64,000 nt of DNA from a virus (taxonomy: Duplodnaviria > Caudoviricetes), in IMG/VR virus record IMGVR_UViG_3300038345_000144. The stretch is one strand, 5' to 3'. A program made the translations under genes and the position numbers. Shown piece after piece: positions 43,197 to 53,868 of this stretch (positions are counted from its first letter, which is position 1; every line of letters starts with the position of its first letter). The notes beneath the pieces are model-generated. The model saw only the letters and a program-made list of their open reading frames with translations, did not search any database and was not told where the DNA came from.

Positions 43197-45807
43197 CTAC
43201 AAATCTCGCATATCTTAATGGAGTCTCAATCAAGATTTCATCGTGAACAGGAATGATTGCATAAGCCATATGTCTAATCAATTCCTCGTCATTATGTATC
43301 TTAATCAAGGCTAACTTACTCATATCTGCGGCACTACCCTGAACTCGGCTGTTGATGATTTCTCGCTCTGCCGCCGCAATTCTGGCGTTGTTATCTACAA
43401 CTTCAATATCCTCAAATACGAGCAACTTATCAATGAACTTCTGCCTTTCTTTTGCATACATCGTTGCCATCTTATTGATGTAGTTTTCAGCATCGGCAGT
43501 AGGTACTTTCATCTTGTTATTTCTAACATAACTGAACTTTTCTTCACACCATTCAGGTGCTCTGTCAGGATGTTTCTTTGTAATCTTACACTTTGTAATA
43601 TAGTGGAACTCATAAGAAGGGAGGTTATAGTTAGGAAGTCTTCTCTTTCTACCCCAAAGAGTAGTAACATAACCCTTCTCCTTAACATCCTTCTTGGACT
43701 GTTCCTCAAAAGGCTTAATGCAGACGAACGCCGCATATACATTGTCCTTAATCTCTTGAGCCTTATCCATATTTTTCTTCTGCAACTCTTTGTTGATGGA
43801 ACCATCTTCATTGAGAGGCTGTCCGAAAATCTGTTCAGCAATAGATTTAGCACCACGACCATACATAATACCCAAGAGGATTTTCTTTGCGTCGCCTCTT
43901 GTATTCTTACCGTCCTTATAGGTGTCTTTTTCACCATCGGCAAGTTTATCGTAGTCGTAGTCTTCAGGATTTATATTGGAATAGTCCAAGTCCTCAAAGT
44001 TCTGCTTATCGTCCTCTTCACCTGTCTTGAGTAAGGCATAATACCACTTACCATTTTCGTGTTGCTTAATAGGAGCACCCTTTGGGAAGTGTTCAAGACA
44101 GTGCTTATAAGGCTTATTGAAGGAAATAGAAGCGATTTCTGCATACAAATCCTTACCGTCCTCGTATGCTTTCAACATAACAGGGTCGGCACAAAGTTGT
44201 GACAATACACGGGGTTCCTGACCTGAATAGTCAGCACCCTGAATAATTCTACGAATTCGGCAGAGAATTTCCTTACCTTCGTCACCTTCAAGTGCCAGTA
44301 AAGCCTTGAGGTCCTTAAGTCTGGTGGCTCTTACTACGCAACCGTTTGCAAGAACTTCGCCTTCAGCAACGCACTCAACCCACTTCCAAGTACCATCTTC
44401 CATTCTGACTTCTTCGCATCTGTCAAAGACATAGCCCTTATCAGAACGCATTTTAGCATTACGGTAAGTTACCTGTCCTACATACATCTTACGAATATCC
44501 TCGTTATGGGACGGAATATTCTGGAGGTTGATAGGTTTACTACTGGACATTCTACCTGTTCTTGCACCGTTTGAATTAAAGTGCGTATGAACTCGTCCAT
44601 CAGTAAAGACAATATTAGGGATATTATCAATATAAGTAGAGATTAACTTCTTTGCCTTACGATAATCAGAAATAGCGTGGCAAACAGGGTGTTTCTCTGC
44701 GAAATATGCCAAAATGTCACTGTCTACACATCTTTCCTTCTTATCCTTCAAGTCGTGCTTGAGTCCAAGAATATCATAGAAAAGAATAGCCAACTGGTCA
44801 TCTGAACCAACATTGATAGGGTCTTCAAGTCCCTTGTTGTGGTGCAATCTCCAATCGTCAATTAAATCCTGGTATGAGTTAATGGCTTCATAACACTTTT
44901 CAAGAGCAACATCCAAGTCCTTATTGTACTTCTGGGAAAGAACCTTAACATAATCCAAATCTACGGCAACGCCCTTTTCCTCAAGGTCAACAACGACATC
45001 AATCATAGGAATTTCGATGTTTCTGTAAAGCCAGTTAAGTTTAACCATATCTTCACGCTCTGTATTGCAAAGATACTTCTTCTGGAATTCATACAAATCC
45101 CAAGTATCAATAGCGTCGTGAGAAGCATAAAGGTATGCGAAGGCAATAGGGATTAAGTTCCAAGTAACCTTACCGTGTAAGTAATCCGAGAAACTCTTTT
45201 CTACTGTATGGCTGATGTACTTACCGTGTAAACCTTTAAGGTCGTGGTCCTCATTCTCGTTCAAGAGAGTAGCACCAACCTGTGTCTCCCACCAGCAAGA
45301 CAAATTAACACCTAACCAACGCTTGATAATTCGGAGGTCGAATGGAGCGTTATGGAACAGGTTTTTAGTAGTAAGTCGCTTCATTTCTTCAGCAACCTGC
45401 TCTCTGGTCAACTGTGGCTCAATTCTCGCCTGCGTGATGTAGTCAATATGGTTAATAGGCACATAGACAGGTTTTTCTTCAGGGAAATACATTGAGAGTC
45501 CGACAATATCGCACCTCAAAGGGTCAAGTCCCATAGTCTCCGTATCTATTGCTACGATGCCATAACGGTTAGCGTGGTCAATATAATCGTGTAACTCTTG
45601 CAGGTCTGTAATACATCTGTAATCATCTTTATGTTCACCGAGGTTAGTCTCGATGTCTTGTCTAATTTCTTCAATAATATCAAGAAGGCTATTACCCTTT
45701 GGCTTACCCTTCTTCTGTTCTTTCTTCATTCTTTCCAGAGCCTTTTTATCATCGACTTTGGATTTTACGCCAGCATTTAGTTTAATCAATGACATCTCAC
45801 GCCTCAT
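43054..45807 (-). CDS. polA: Family A DNA polymerase with 3'-5' exonuclease
   Basis: AIDTET; RTGRMSS; motif A DYSGQEPR; motif B KKILLGIMYG; motif C VHDE. Confidence 0.95.
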   Translation of the reverse strand: MRREMSLIKLNAGVKSKVDDKKALERMKKEQKKGKPKGNSLLDIIEEIRQDIETNLGEHKDDYRCITDLQELHDYIDHANRYGIVAIDTETMGLDPLRCDIVGLSMYFPEEKPVYVPINHIDYITQARIEPQLTREQVAEEMKRLTTKNLFHNAPFDLRIIKRWLGVNLSCWWETQVGATLLNENEDHDLKGLHGKYISHTVEKSFSDYLHGKVTWNLIPIAFAYLYASHDAIDTWDLYEFQKKYLCNTEREDMVKLNWLYRNIEIPMIDVVVDLEEKGVAVDLDYVKVLSQKYNKDLDVALEKCYEAINSYQDLIDDWRLHHNKGLEDPINVGSDDQLAILFYDILGLKHDLKDKKERCVDSDILAYFAEKHPVCHAISDYRKAKKLISTYIDNIPNIVFTDGRVHTHFNSNGARTGRMSSSKPINLQNIPSHNEDIRKMYVGQVTYRNAKMRSDKGYVFDRCEEVRMEDGTWKWVECVAEGEVLANGCVVRATRLKDLKALLALEGDEGKEILCRIRRIIQGADYSGQEPRVLSQLCADPVMLKAYEDGKDLYAEIASISFNKPYKHCLEHFPKGAPIKQHENGKWYYALLKTGEEDDKQNFEDLDYSNINPEDYDYDKLADGEKDTYKDGKNTRGDAKKILLGIMYGRGAKSIAEQIFGQPLNEDGSINKELQKKNMDKAQEIKDNVYAAFVCIKPFEEQSKKDVKEKGYVTTLWGRKRRLPNYNLPSYEFHYITKCKITKKHPDRAPEWCEEKFSYVRNNKMKVPTADAENYINKMATMYAKERQKFIDKLLVFEDIEVVDNNARIAAAEREIINSRVQGSAADMSKLALIKIHNDEELIRHMAYAIIPVHDEILIETPLRYARFVGARFANDMETAAKPTLTIPITCDVVSSDKWYGEELDIESELQGLPVV

Positions 45808-46601
45808 ACTTTCTTTCTATACTTCATAATTAAATAGTCTATAATGTTATCTATGTCAATAATGCCCTTCTTTACCGAACAGTCTAAATAAAAGCAATCA
45901 TTGATAATACTAATCAACTCTGCCTCCGAACGGTATTTCAATAAACCCTGCAAGTTACTGATACGATAAGGGTTCATACCTGCCGTCTTGCCTTGCTTAA
46001 TCTTCAATAAATCTTGACAATTCGTAGTCAACACCGCCATTATGCTGATTGCTGACTCTTCTATGTTAGGGAGGGACTTCCCCATAACAAATCGGTCTAC
46101 CCAAAGGTAAATGTCATTTGAGGTATCGGCTATCTTATACTCGCCGTCGCTCAAATTATAGATTTTCAGGTTGTTTATGATAGTTCCCAAGTCGTTATTG
46201 CTCTTACGCACAAAGTTACGGGCTTTCACCTCGTCCATATCGCTATGTTTCATTACATAAGGCACATAATCGTTCTCTAACTCTATAAAACAATCCTTAT
46301 TATTCTTGTAAACAGCAGTTCTCTTATCCACCGACTCGGTATATATCAAGGTATATCCACGCTGTTGCTTAAAGATTTCCTCATCAAGTTTAGGCATATA
46401 GATTACATTCAGAGTAACCTTCTTCAAAAGACCTACGCCTGTCTTGATTGTACCGCTATAATTAACATTATTGGCTCCGATGGCTTCCTTGAAACGCTTT
46501 ACATAAATATCCACTAACCCGCTATCTATGGTAACAAGGCAGTAAATATGCTTTGGAGACTTTAGGCTTTCCTTAAATTCTTTGCCATTCATTACTCTCA
46601 C
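45804..46601 (-). CDS. Clamp loader subunit (delta-like)
   Basis: Operon position; weak motif support. Confidence 0.55.
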   Translation of the reverse strand: MRVMNGKEFKESLKSPKHIYCLVTIDSGLVDIYVKRFKEAIGANNVNYSGTIKTGVGLLKKVTLNVIYMPKLDEEIFKQQRGYTLIYTESVDKRTAVYKNNKDCFIELENDYVPYVMKHSDMDEVKARNFVRKSNNDLGTIINNLKIYNLSDGEYKIADTSNDIYLWVDRFVMGKSLPNIEESAISIMAVLTTNCQDLLKIKQGKTAGMNPYRISNLQGLLKYRSEAELISIINDCFYLDCSVKKGIIDIDNIIDYLIMKYRKKV

Positions 46602-47175
46602 CTCGCATATCTAATTCCCAGTTAACTATAAACTGCTTCTTATTAAGGGCTTTCAGGTTTTTAGCGGAATTGTACTTACTGCAAATGAGGTACTCCCTCT
46701 CCAGGTTTTCCCCACCCTTAATCCTCTCTAAAAGACGATTGCAGAGTACCGTAAAGAATACATCAAAATCGAACTCTTCAGAATACTGGAAGTTGTCAAC
46801 TGCACGGAGCATCTTATAGGAAAAATAAGGTAACTGTCCCTCAAAATCACAATATCCAGCCTCGGTAGGCTCCATTCTCTGAACTACACATCTTGACTGG
46901 ATAGAACGGGGCAGGTTCATCAGGTTCCTGCAAGTAAGTACCATATGCTGGTTCTCATTCTGCTCTAAAAAGGTCAATAAAGCACTAAATGATGCAGGCG
47001 ACCAGTTATCTATATCTATAAAGGCATAATCTGTATGTTTATCCAGTTCCCTAATATCTCCAACATTACCAGTTTCTACCCATACAAAATCGACAGGAAG
47101 GCTCTTAACATACTCCTTCTTGCCACTGTATTTAGCACCAACTAATATTAAATTATTAGGTAACTCTTGGGTCAT
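46573..47175 (-). CDS. Clamp loader subunit (delta'-like)
   Basis: Degenerate Walker A GAKYSGK; LPRSIQSRC (SRC motif). Confidence 0.7.
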   Translation of the reverse strand: MTQELPNNLILVGAKYSGKKEYVKSLPVDFVWVETGNVGDIRELDKHTDYAFIDIDNWSPASFSALLTFLEQNENQHMVLTCRNLMNLPRSIQSRCVVQRMEPTEAGYCDFEGQLPYFSYKMLRAVDNFQYSEEFDFDVFFTVLCNRLLERIKGGENLEREYLICSKYNSAKNLKALNKKQFIVNWELDMRGESNEWQRI

Positions 47176-48056
47176 ACAATAAGTCTCGCTATAATCATAT
47201 TCTTCGGGGTATCATCGTATCTAATCTCGTTAGTGATGGTCAAAAGAGTTTCAACCAACTTGAGATTATCACACTTCAGGCAATAGTCTAAAAACTGCCT
47301 AATGAACAGGTGTAACTCATATCCGTTGTTATACACCTGTTCCACCAGTTCAATAATCTTTAGCCTATTATCATCGTTATAAGCGTCATACAACTCCTGC
47401 ATAACATCATCGGACACGATATTAAGGGCTTTACAAATATCTTCATCGGAGGTTCCGAACAGGAGGCACTTATCAAGGTTTGTGAGTGCCTGACGCATAT
47501 TTCCATTAGCGGATTTAGCAATATACTCAATTCCCTTGTCAGTAATGGTAATGTTCTCTTTAGAGCATACATAGGTCAAACGATTGATGATGTTTGCCTC
47601 CGACATAGGGGTAAAATTAAATCTCTGAACACGGCTCATAATGGTATTAGGTATCTTTTGAACATCCGTGGTGCAGAGAATGAAAATAGAGTGCTCTATT
47701 GCCTCCTCAAGGGTCACAAGCATAGCAGACCAAGCCTGTGCTGACAATGTATGGCACTCGTCAAGTACAAACACTTTATACGCCTTAACAAGGGGCTTTG
47801 TTTTAGCAATTTCAAGTATGTCCTTAATAGACTCTACGCCGTTGTGTGATGCACAGTCTATCGGGAATATCTCTCCGTCTACCATAGACGCAAAAATGTT
47901 GGCACAGGTTGTTTTACCCGTACCAGCAGGACCAGTGAATAGCATCGCATTGGGGAATATATCTTCCTCAATTTCTTTATTCAATACTTTGCAAATTACT
48001 TCTTGTTGTATTACATCCTCGAACTTTTGTGGTCTGTATTTGTTTGCTAATGTCAT
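47172..48056 (-). CDS. dnaX: Clamp loader ATPase, DNA pol III gamma/tau-like
   Basis: LANKYRPQKF, GPAGTGKTT, DECH, TIMSRV, GNMRQA. Confidence 0.9.
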   Translation of the reverse strand: MTLANKYRPQKFEDVIQQEVICKVLNKEIEEDIFPNAMLFTGPAGTGKTTCANIFASMVDGEIFPIDCASHNGVESIKDILEIAKTKPLVKAYKVFVLDECHTLSAQAWSAMLVTLEEAIEHSIFILCTTDVQKIPNTIMSRVQRFNFTPMSEANIINRLTYVCSKENITITDKGIEYIAKSANGNMRQALTNLDKCLLFGTSDEDICKALNIVSDDVMQELYDAYNDDNRLKIIELVEQVYNNGYELHLFIRQFLDYCLKCDNLKLVETLLTITNEIRYDDTPKNMIIARLIV

Positions 48057-48065
48057 TTTACTCCT

Positions 48066-48356
48066 TTAAGCGATTTCCCAGTGATACTCGGCTTCCGCTA
48101 TATCATTAAGTATTATTGGGGGTATTTCTATCGTTATACCATCAATATTAACCGCCTTAAGGCTCTCATATTTGAGAGTATCGTAATTGAAGTGGTTTAT
48201 CACTTCATCAAAGGTAATAAAAGCAGGATTAAAGTCTCCTACCCATACACACATCATATTATAGTTAGCATCACAAACTGACCACCCACCGTCAAATCCG
48301 TCACAGTGAGCAAAGTATTTACCACTTGCAGTTTTCCATAAATCATTATTACCCAT
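48066..48356 (-). CDS. Hypothetical protein
   Basis: Follows a promoter-like region. Confidence 0.55.
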   Translation of the reverse strand: MGNNDLWKTASGKYFAHCDGFDGGWSVCDANYNMMCVWVGDFNPAFITFDEVINHFNYDTLKYESLKAVNIDGITIEIPPIILNDIAEAEYHWEIA

Positions 48357-48430
48357 AGAAAAAGCCCCTTATAGATATGCCTTATTATAACACTCTATAA
48401 GGGGTCTGTAAAGACTTCTAATAGTTCTTT

Positions 48431-50305
48431 TTAGAGAACTCTGTCAAGAAGGTCACAAACGGCTGATGTAAACTCGTCCATATATCTCTTGCAGTAGTGA
48501 ACCTTTGCGGTATGAACGGAAGGCTCAATGTACTTTCTGTTCTGTTCGTCTGTTACGATAATGCTGTGTCCACCATCAAAAATTCTGAATGTATCAGAAG
48601 CGGAAGGAACAACATTGTACTCACCATAATGAGCGTCACCATCGAAAAGAACTACAAGATAGTTTTCTGCGTTTGTCTTTCTATGCCTCTTGAGCAAATC
48701 AGGAATGTTTGTCATCTGCTTTGTTGCTCTATCCGTCATATTTTCCTTGAAAATACTGTTTTCTTGGAAAGAACAGAACTTTCTATCTATTGTTGTCCAT
48801 TCTTCGATATAACTGGAAATAGTGATAATATCGAAAGTAAATGCGGGATAGTTCTGTGCCAGTCTTTCAAGAGTTCTGATAAAGACATTCATTCTGGTAT
48901 CGTTATTTCTGAAAGACCACGATGTATCGAGGAAGAATGTGATATGAGTAGCACCAAAGCGTCTTCCGTTGCCCTGTGTGTTAGGTCTTTCCCAAACCTT
49001 CCAATCGTCTCTTGTAAGGAGGTTACGATAGTTCATTACACCGCTATATGCCGAAATTGCGGCACTTCTCTGCTGTGTCTTACGCAACTTCTTTTCAAGA
49101 ATGTTACGGAGTCTCGTTTCGAGTTCAGGGTCAGTAAACTTCTCAAAGGTATCGTTAAGAACGCTATCAACGGCACTCTTCATTTCGTCCTTTGTAAAAT
49201 CGTCAACATCTAACTCATCAATATCTGCGAGTGTTTCTTCGAGTTCAGGGTCAATACCCTCGTCCTCTTCATTTTCTACACGGCTCTTATCCTCTTCTTC
49301 GCTCTCTTCTTCGTTAGAGCCTTCGGAGTTTTCGGGGTCCTCTTCATCACCCTCATCACCCTCGTCCTCTGTGGCATCGGGATTGTAAGAAACATCGTCT
49401 TCCTCGTCATTTTCTTCGTTCTCTTCATCAGAAGAACCATTGGAAGACTCGTCATCTTCTTCGTTCTCGTCAGACTCTTCATCAGAACCCTCGCTGGAGC
49501 CTTCAGAACCATTGTCCTCGTCCTCGGAACCTTCGTCCTCATTATCCTCGCTCTGCTCGTTAGAAGACTTATTCTGCTCGTTCTCCTCGTCTTCCTCGGA
49601 GTTGTTGTTGGACTCTGTGGACTCGTTGTTCTCCTGCTCATCAGACTCTTCGGACTGATTGGACTGGCTCTGCTGTTCCTGCTCCTGCTGTCTCTTCTCT
49701 TCCTGCTCCTTCTCCCAATCCTCTGTGAAATCGTTATAGAAATCCATAACAGCCTGTGTGTACTGCTTAACCTTCCACTCATCTGCGTTTGCGGAGAGGT
49801 ATCTGTACTCCATAATAATATTCATAAGTCTTGTAAGCCACTTTGTTTCGCCCTTGTGGAACCTTACGAGATTGTAAAAAGCGGAAAATGCCGTTCTTGC
49901 TTCTTCGCCCTTGTAGTTGTTGAGCAAAACAATATTTCTTCTGAAATTAACTTCGAGAAAATAGTTCTTCAGAAGGGTCTCAATACGCTCGTCCTCAAAG
50001 ACATTAAGAACTCTGTGGTGGTCCTTATTCTCTTCGGTCTCAACGATTGCCGTAGGAGTAAGGATTGCGTGTGCTACTTCGTGATAGAGGAGACCACGGA
50101 TAACGCTGTACTGAATGTTGCCAGCAGGAACATCCTTGAGCATACGCTGAATTGTAGGAAATGAAACAACAATCTTATCCTTGTAAATGTCATAAGATGT
50201 AGACATTGACTCACGGCTTAATTCGTGAGGAATACCTCTACCAGAATAGAAACTAATAGGCAGTGTATCGAACATCCTTGAAACTTCTTCGAATGTAACC
50301 TTCAT
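48431..50305 (-). CDS. HExxH domain + acidic linker + vWA protein (MoxR partner)
   Basis: HEVAH, NVFEDERIE, ~150-aa E/D/N/S tract, LDTSWS, LFDGD. Confidence 0.85.
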   Translation of the reverse strand: MKVTFEEVSRMFDTLPISFYSGRGIPHELSRESMSTSYDIYKDKIVVSFPTIQRMLKDVPAGNIQYSVIRGLLYHEVAHAILTPTAIVETEENKDHHRVLNVFEDERIETLLKNYFLEVNFRRNIVLLNNYKGEEARTAFSAFYNLVRFHKGETKWLTRLMNIIMEYRYLSANADEWKVKQYTQAVMDFYNDFTEDWEKEQEEKRQQEQEQQSQSNQSEESDEQENNESTESNNNSEEDEENEQNKSSNEQSEDNEDEGSEDEDNGSEGSSEGSDEESDENEEDDESSNGSSDEENEENDEEDDVSYNPDATEDEGDEGDEEDPENSEGSNEEESEEEDKSRVENEEDEGIDPELEETLADIDELDVDDFTKDEMKSAVDSVLNDTFEKFTDPELETRLRNILEKKLRKTQQRSAAISAYSGVMNYRNLLTRDDWKVWERPNTQGNGRRFGATHITFFLDTSWSFRNNDTRMNVFIRTLERLAQNYPAFTFDIITISSYIEEWTTIDRKFCSFQENSIFKENMTDRATKQMTNIPDLLKRHRKTNAENYLVVLFDGDAHYGEYNVVPSASDTFRIFDGGHSIIVTDEQNRKYIEPSVHTAKVHYCKRYMDEFTSAVCDLLDRVL

Positions 50306-50440
50306 TGTTGTAATCTCCTCTCAATTGATTTACACTGATATTATAATATATAAATTATAATATTGTCAAGGGTGAGAACCATAAAATAAGCAAAAATAAA
50401 GGAAAGTTTTTAGGCTTTCCTTACTTTATTCTCCACTCAA

Positions 50441-50680
50441 TCACTTATAGATTAAATTCTCGGCTCGTTGTATATTTAACGCCGTAGCCTTATTGTTCTT
50501 CAGGTCCGTTATAAAGGTCTTGAGAAAGACTCTATCGCTGTCTGTAAGCCTTGTATCGCTTATAATTGCCTTGCGTATATCCGTTATCAGAATTTCCTTT
50601 CCAATGGACGAGAGATAGCGTTTTAGACCATATACGAGAAATGGAATAGCAAGGATAAATACAATAGTTAAAACAATCAC
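50441..50680 (-). CDS. Small membrane protein
   Basis: TM helix, AGGAG RBS. Confidence 0.55.
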   Translation of the reverse strand: MIVLTIVFILAIPFLVYGLKRYLSSIGKEILITDIRKAIISDTRLTDSDRVFLKTFITDLKNNKATALNIQRAENLIYK

Positions 50681-50696
50681 TGGTTACAATCTCCTA

Positions 50697-50954
50697 TCAG
50701 TTATTAAGTGCTTCCCACTGTGCAAGCATTTCTGCTCTCCTGCCTTCAGGATAATCTGAAGTACCATAATACAGTTCTCCGTCTGCATCACGGTTCTCGT
50801 CTACTGTGGTCTCTACGGATGTTTCATATACATTAGCAGAAACCTCATTACCCTTAATAACAGTACAACCTAATACAGCACTTAAACCCAAAATAGCGGT
50901 AAGGATTGCTACTGGAATTATAACCTTCTTCATTGTATTTTCCTCTCTCAACAA
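50697..50954 (-). CDS. Small secreted protein or lipoprotein
   Basis: Signal peptide MKKVII...VLGC. Confidence 0.55.
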   Translation of the reverse strand: MLREENTMKKVIIPVAILTAILGLSAVLGCTVIKGNEVSANVYETSVETTVDENRDADGELYYGTSDYPEGRRAEMLAQWEALNN

Positions 50955-51193
50955 ACGCCTTATTTTATTATGTTTCTCTCACTTGCGAATGTAAGCAAAT
51001 CATAGCAAATTTTTATGGCGATGTAAAGCGAAAAATGGGCTTTTTTGCAAAATGTAATATTACATTTTCAAGACCTTAAAACCCAGTAAAATCAAGGGGT
51101 TTAGGCATAGTAATACCCCCACGGAGAAAGCGAGACAAAAGGAAAAAACCGTGGGGGTATCGAGATATATTTTATTGGAATAAAACGCTTACT

Positions 51194-52204
51194 TTAGATA
51201 CAAGCCTCGAAGAGGTCTTCGGGTGAAAGTTCGAACTTCTTAATGCAATCACATCTGTCTACGAGAGGACCAGGAAGAGGGCATACACCAAAGTCTTCAA
51301 GATAAAGGTTCATTGTACCGATAATCTTAAAACCTTCCTTGATGTGAATACGCTGACCCATAAAGTCAATGTAGTCCTTATTGTCGAGAATACCCTGCAA
51401 GAAACGAACTGTATCGAACGGAAGGAGGTTAATCTCGTCGAAAAGGATAGGCTTGCCAAGTTCCATAGCCGTCCAGAGAGCAGACTTACCGAACTTCGGC
51501 TGACCCTGTTCAAAGTCAAAATCTCTAAAGAGGTCAACAGGGAGCATACTTGAGTTGCATACGATAGTGTTCTCTGTAAGGGACTTACCAAGAGTGGTCT
51601 TACCTGTACCAGCGTCACCATAGTAAACTGTGAGACGCTTGTTAATGCGTGTGGAAGGCTTTGTAATGCCTGCCTGTGCAAACTTTGTTACAATCTGCTG
51701 AAGTTCAGGAGACTCTACGAGGGAGCAAATCTTACCGAAATCGGGGCTGTTCTTAACCTCAAAGTAGTTCCTGATAAATGCCGCCTTATTATCTGACCAC
51801 AGGAATGTGTTAATCATACGATAAGAAGGCTTATAACTTGTTTCCTTGAAGAAGTCAACAAACGCTCTTGATGCTTCAACGCCAAGCGTTCTATTGATGT
51901 TCTTAATAACAGAACCTACTGTAACCTGCTCAACAGCCTTATCAATAGGGTATCTCTCATCAAGTTCGGCTCCTGACAGACCAAGAAGCAGGAAGTTTGA
52001 GTTCAGATTGCTCTTTACTGCTTCGAGGGTTAAAGTCTTGCTATTAACCTTCTTTACGAGGTCATAGGTTGCCTTTACTGCGGCATACTCCATATCTGTA
52101 CTTACAAACTTTGTAACCTTGTCCTTATCAATAAGGTTGGTCTCATAAGAACCGTCTGTGTTCTTGATGATGTAATATGTGGGGTTAATTGTTACCTTTG
52201 CCAT
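51194..52204 (-). CDS. MoxR/AAA_5 ATPase
   Basis: GDAGTGKT, FDEINL, IIGTMN, LPGPLVDR. Confidence 0.88.
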   Translation of the reverse strand: MAKVTINPTYYIIKNTDGSYETNLIDKDKVTKFVSTDMEYAAVKATYDLVKKVNSKTLTLEAVKSNLNSNFLLLGLSGAELDERYPIDKAVEQVTVGSVIKNINRTLGVEASRAFVDFFKETSYKPSYRMINTFLWSDNKAAFIRNYFEVKNSPDFGKICSLVESPELQQIVTKFAQAGITKPSTRINKRLTVYYGDAGTGKTTLGKSLTENTIVCNSSMLPVDLFRDFDFEQGQPKFGKSALWTAMELGKPILFDEINLLPFDTVRFLQGILDNKDYIDFMGQRIHIKEGFKIIGTMNLYLEDFGVCPLPGPLVDRCDCIKKFELSPEDLFEACI

Positions 52205-52359
52205 TGTCTTAATCTCCTTTGTCTCAATAATTCGCTTTCTGTCATTTCCTTTGACAGCATCATATTACCACACTTTAATATCAGTTGTCAAGTGTCTGGA
52301 GCAAAAAATAATTAGTAGTTATGAAATAACTACTAATCATTACTTCCTATAATAAGGGG

Positions 52360-53163
52360 TCAATATCGGATAATCTGGTTCTCTATAACCGAGATAACAT
52401 TCTTCGGAATATCTGCTACGGGCATACGATAAGCGATGTTAAATCTTGGGTTATAAATACCAATATACTTTACTCCACCAAATACGGCTCTGCCTGAATG
52501 TTTGCTCATTACCCATTCAGACGCTACCAAAAGGGTATGCTTTGGGTTCGGAGGGTTATAAGATACTCTAAAGTCCCAAATAGTATCTTCGGTCAGATAG
52601 GCACAATCACCATCATTTATAGAAGGAGAATACCCGCCAAAGTTCTCTTTGATTTCTAACCATTCTTTAGGGTTGGACATATCGGCAGGGGTAAACTTGA
52701 TGTTTCTTTTCAATTCGCCGTTCTTCTTGAAGAAAACAACACTACGATTGATGAGGTGCATCAGATTGATGATTGTTGCCCTCTCTAAATGGACCTTGTA
52801 ATAAGGCACAAAGTTAAAGGCATTTGTGTCTTCCTGCTCGAATGTGATTAACTTAACGGCGTTTACAATAGACTCGTCATCCAGTCCTTTGATATTCTCA
52901 AAACATACCTTTGCGACGGCTTCAGCGTCAGGTGTCTGCTGGTGAGGTGCATTTGTCATAGCCTTCAAGAATGAGGTCATCTTCTCTCTGCCTAACAGAA
53001 AGTCCGTCATACAGACTACTGTTCTATCTACGAGAAATGCAGGAATATTCTCTTTTCTGCACAAACTACCTATGAGTTTTTGTGGCATAGGTTCAAAAGT
53101 GGTCACAGGAAGATAACCACCCTTCGGTTGCTTAAATACTTTTATCTTATCTTCTATCGTCAT
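52360..53163 (-). CDS. Hypothetical protein, possible degenerate PD-(D/E)xK nuclease
   Basis: GDCAYL...IWDFRVS, IGIYNPR. Confidence 0.5.
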   Translation of the reverse strand: MTIEDKIKVFKQPKGGYLPVTTFEPMPQKLIGSLCRKENIPAFLVDRTVVCMTDFLLGREKMTSFLKAMTNAPHQQTPDAEAVAKVCFENIKGLDDESIVNAVKLITFEQEDTNAFNFVPYYKVHLERATIINLMHLINRSVVFFKKNGELKRNIKFTPADMSNPKEWLEIKENFGGYSPSINDGDCAYLTEDTIWDFRVSYNPPNPKHTLLVASEWVMSKHSGRAVFGGVKYIGIYNPRFNIAYRMPVADIPKNVISVIENQIIRY

Positions 53164-53340
53164 ATATCTTTACATAGTAGCAAGCGTGAAAATGATAAAG
53201 CCTACTACAATTACTCCAATAACTATTTTCAGTATCATAAAAAAGAACCCCAGTTTATTCAATACATAAGTAAAACCTATATGTTCTACCTTTTACTGTA
53301 TCAGTAAACTGGGGATTTGTAAAGGGTTTATCGAGTTGAT

Positions 53341-53844
53341 TTATTTTTCAAGACGGCGAATATAGTACCATTTCGGGTTCTCGATATACAAAATAGGCTC
53401 TCCGTCTTCGTTGAAGTCGCTTGCTGGGCATAAGAAGTCAATCATACGATAGCCCTTGCCCTTCTCATCTTCAACTATGCTGTGGACTTTACCATAACAC
53501 TCGCCATCCGAGTCAAAGATAATATCTCCTACCTGAATGTCTCCGAGGGCTTCCTGCTGTTCGTCCTCGTACTTCTTTATGGCTTCAAATACCTTGTCAT
53601 CCATAGCATCTATAATTGAAACAATGGTATCTACTGCTTCTAAAGACACCCTCTCACGGAAGTTTTCTACCAATCCGTCAGCAATTTCAGAAGCAATATT
53701 ACATAGTGTTTTAGAGCCTCTGTAATTGTCTAACACATCAGGGTCGGAGGTCATCATATTGGCTCCCCACCACATACCGTCAATAAAGATTTTGTCTTTC
53801 TCGCTTAAATACCTGTAATTATAGATGTCCGTATCAAAATACAT
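53341..53844 (-). CDS. Hypothetical protein
   Basis: AAAGGAG RBS. Confidence 0.65.
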   Translation of the reverse strand: MYFDTDIYNYRYLSEKDKIFIDGMWWGANMMTSDPDVLDNYRGSKTLCNIASEIADGLVENFRERVSLEAVDTIVSIIDAMDDKVFEAIKKYEDEQQEALGDIQVGDIIFDSDGECYGKVHSIVEDEKGKGYRMIDFLCPASDFNEDGEPILYIENPKWYYIRRLEK

Positions 53845-53868
53845 TGGTATATTCTCCTTTATGCTTTA

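Noticed and set aside
49101-49782. Ser-rich and Arg/Thr-rich alternative ORFs
   Set aside because: Shadow frames of the acidic linker of 48431..50305.
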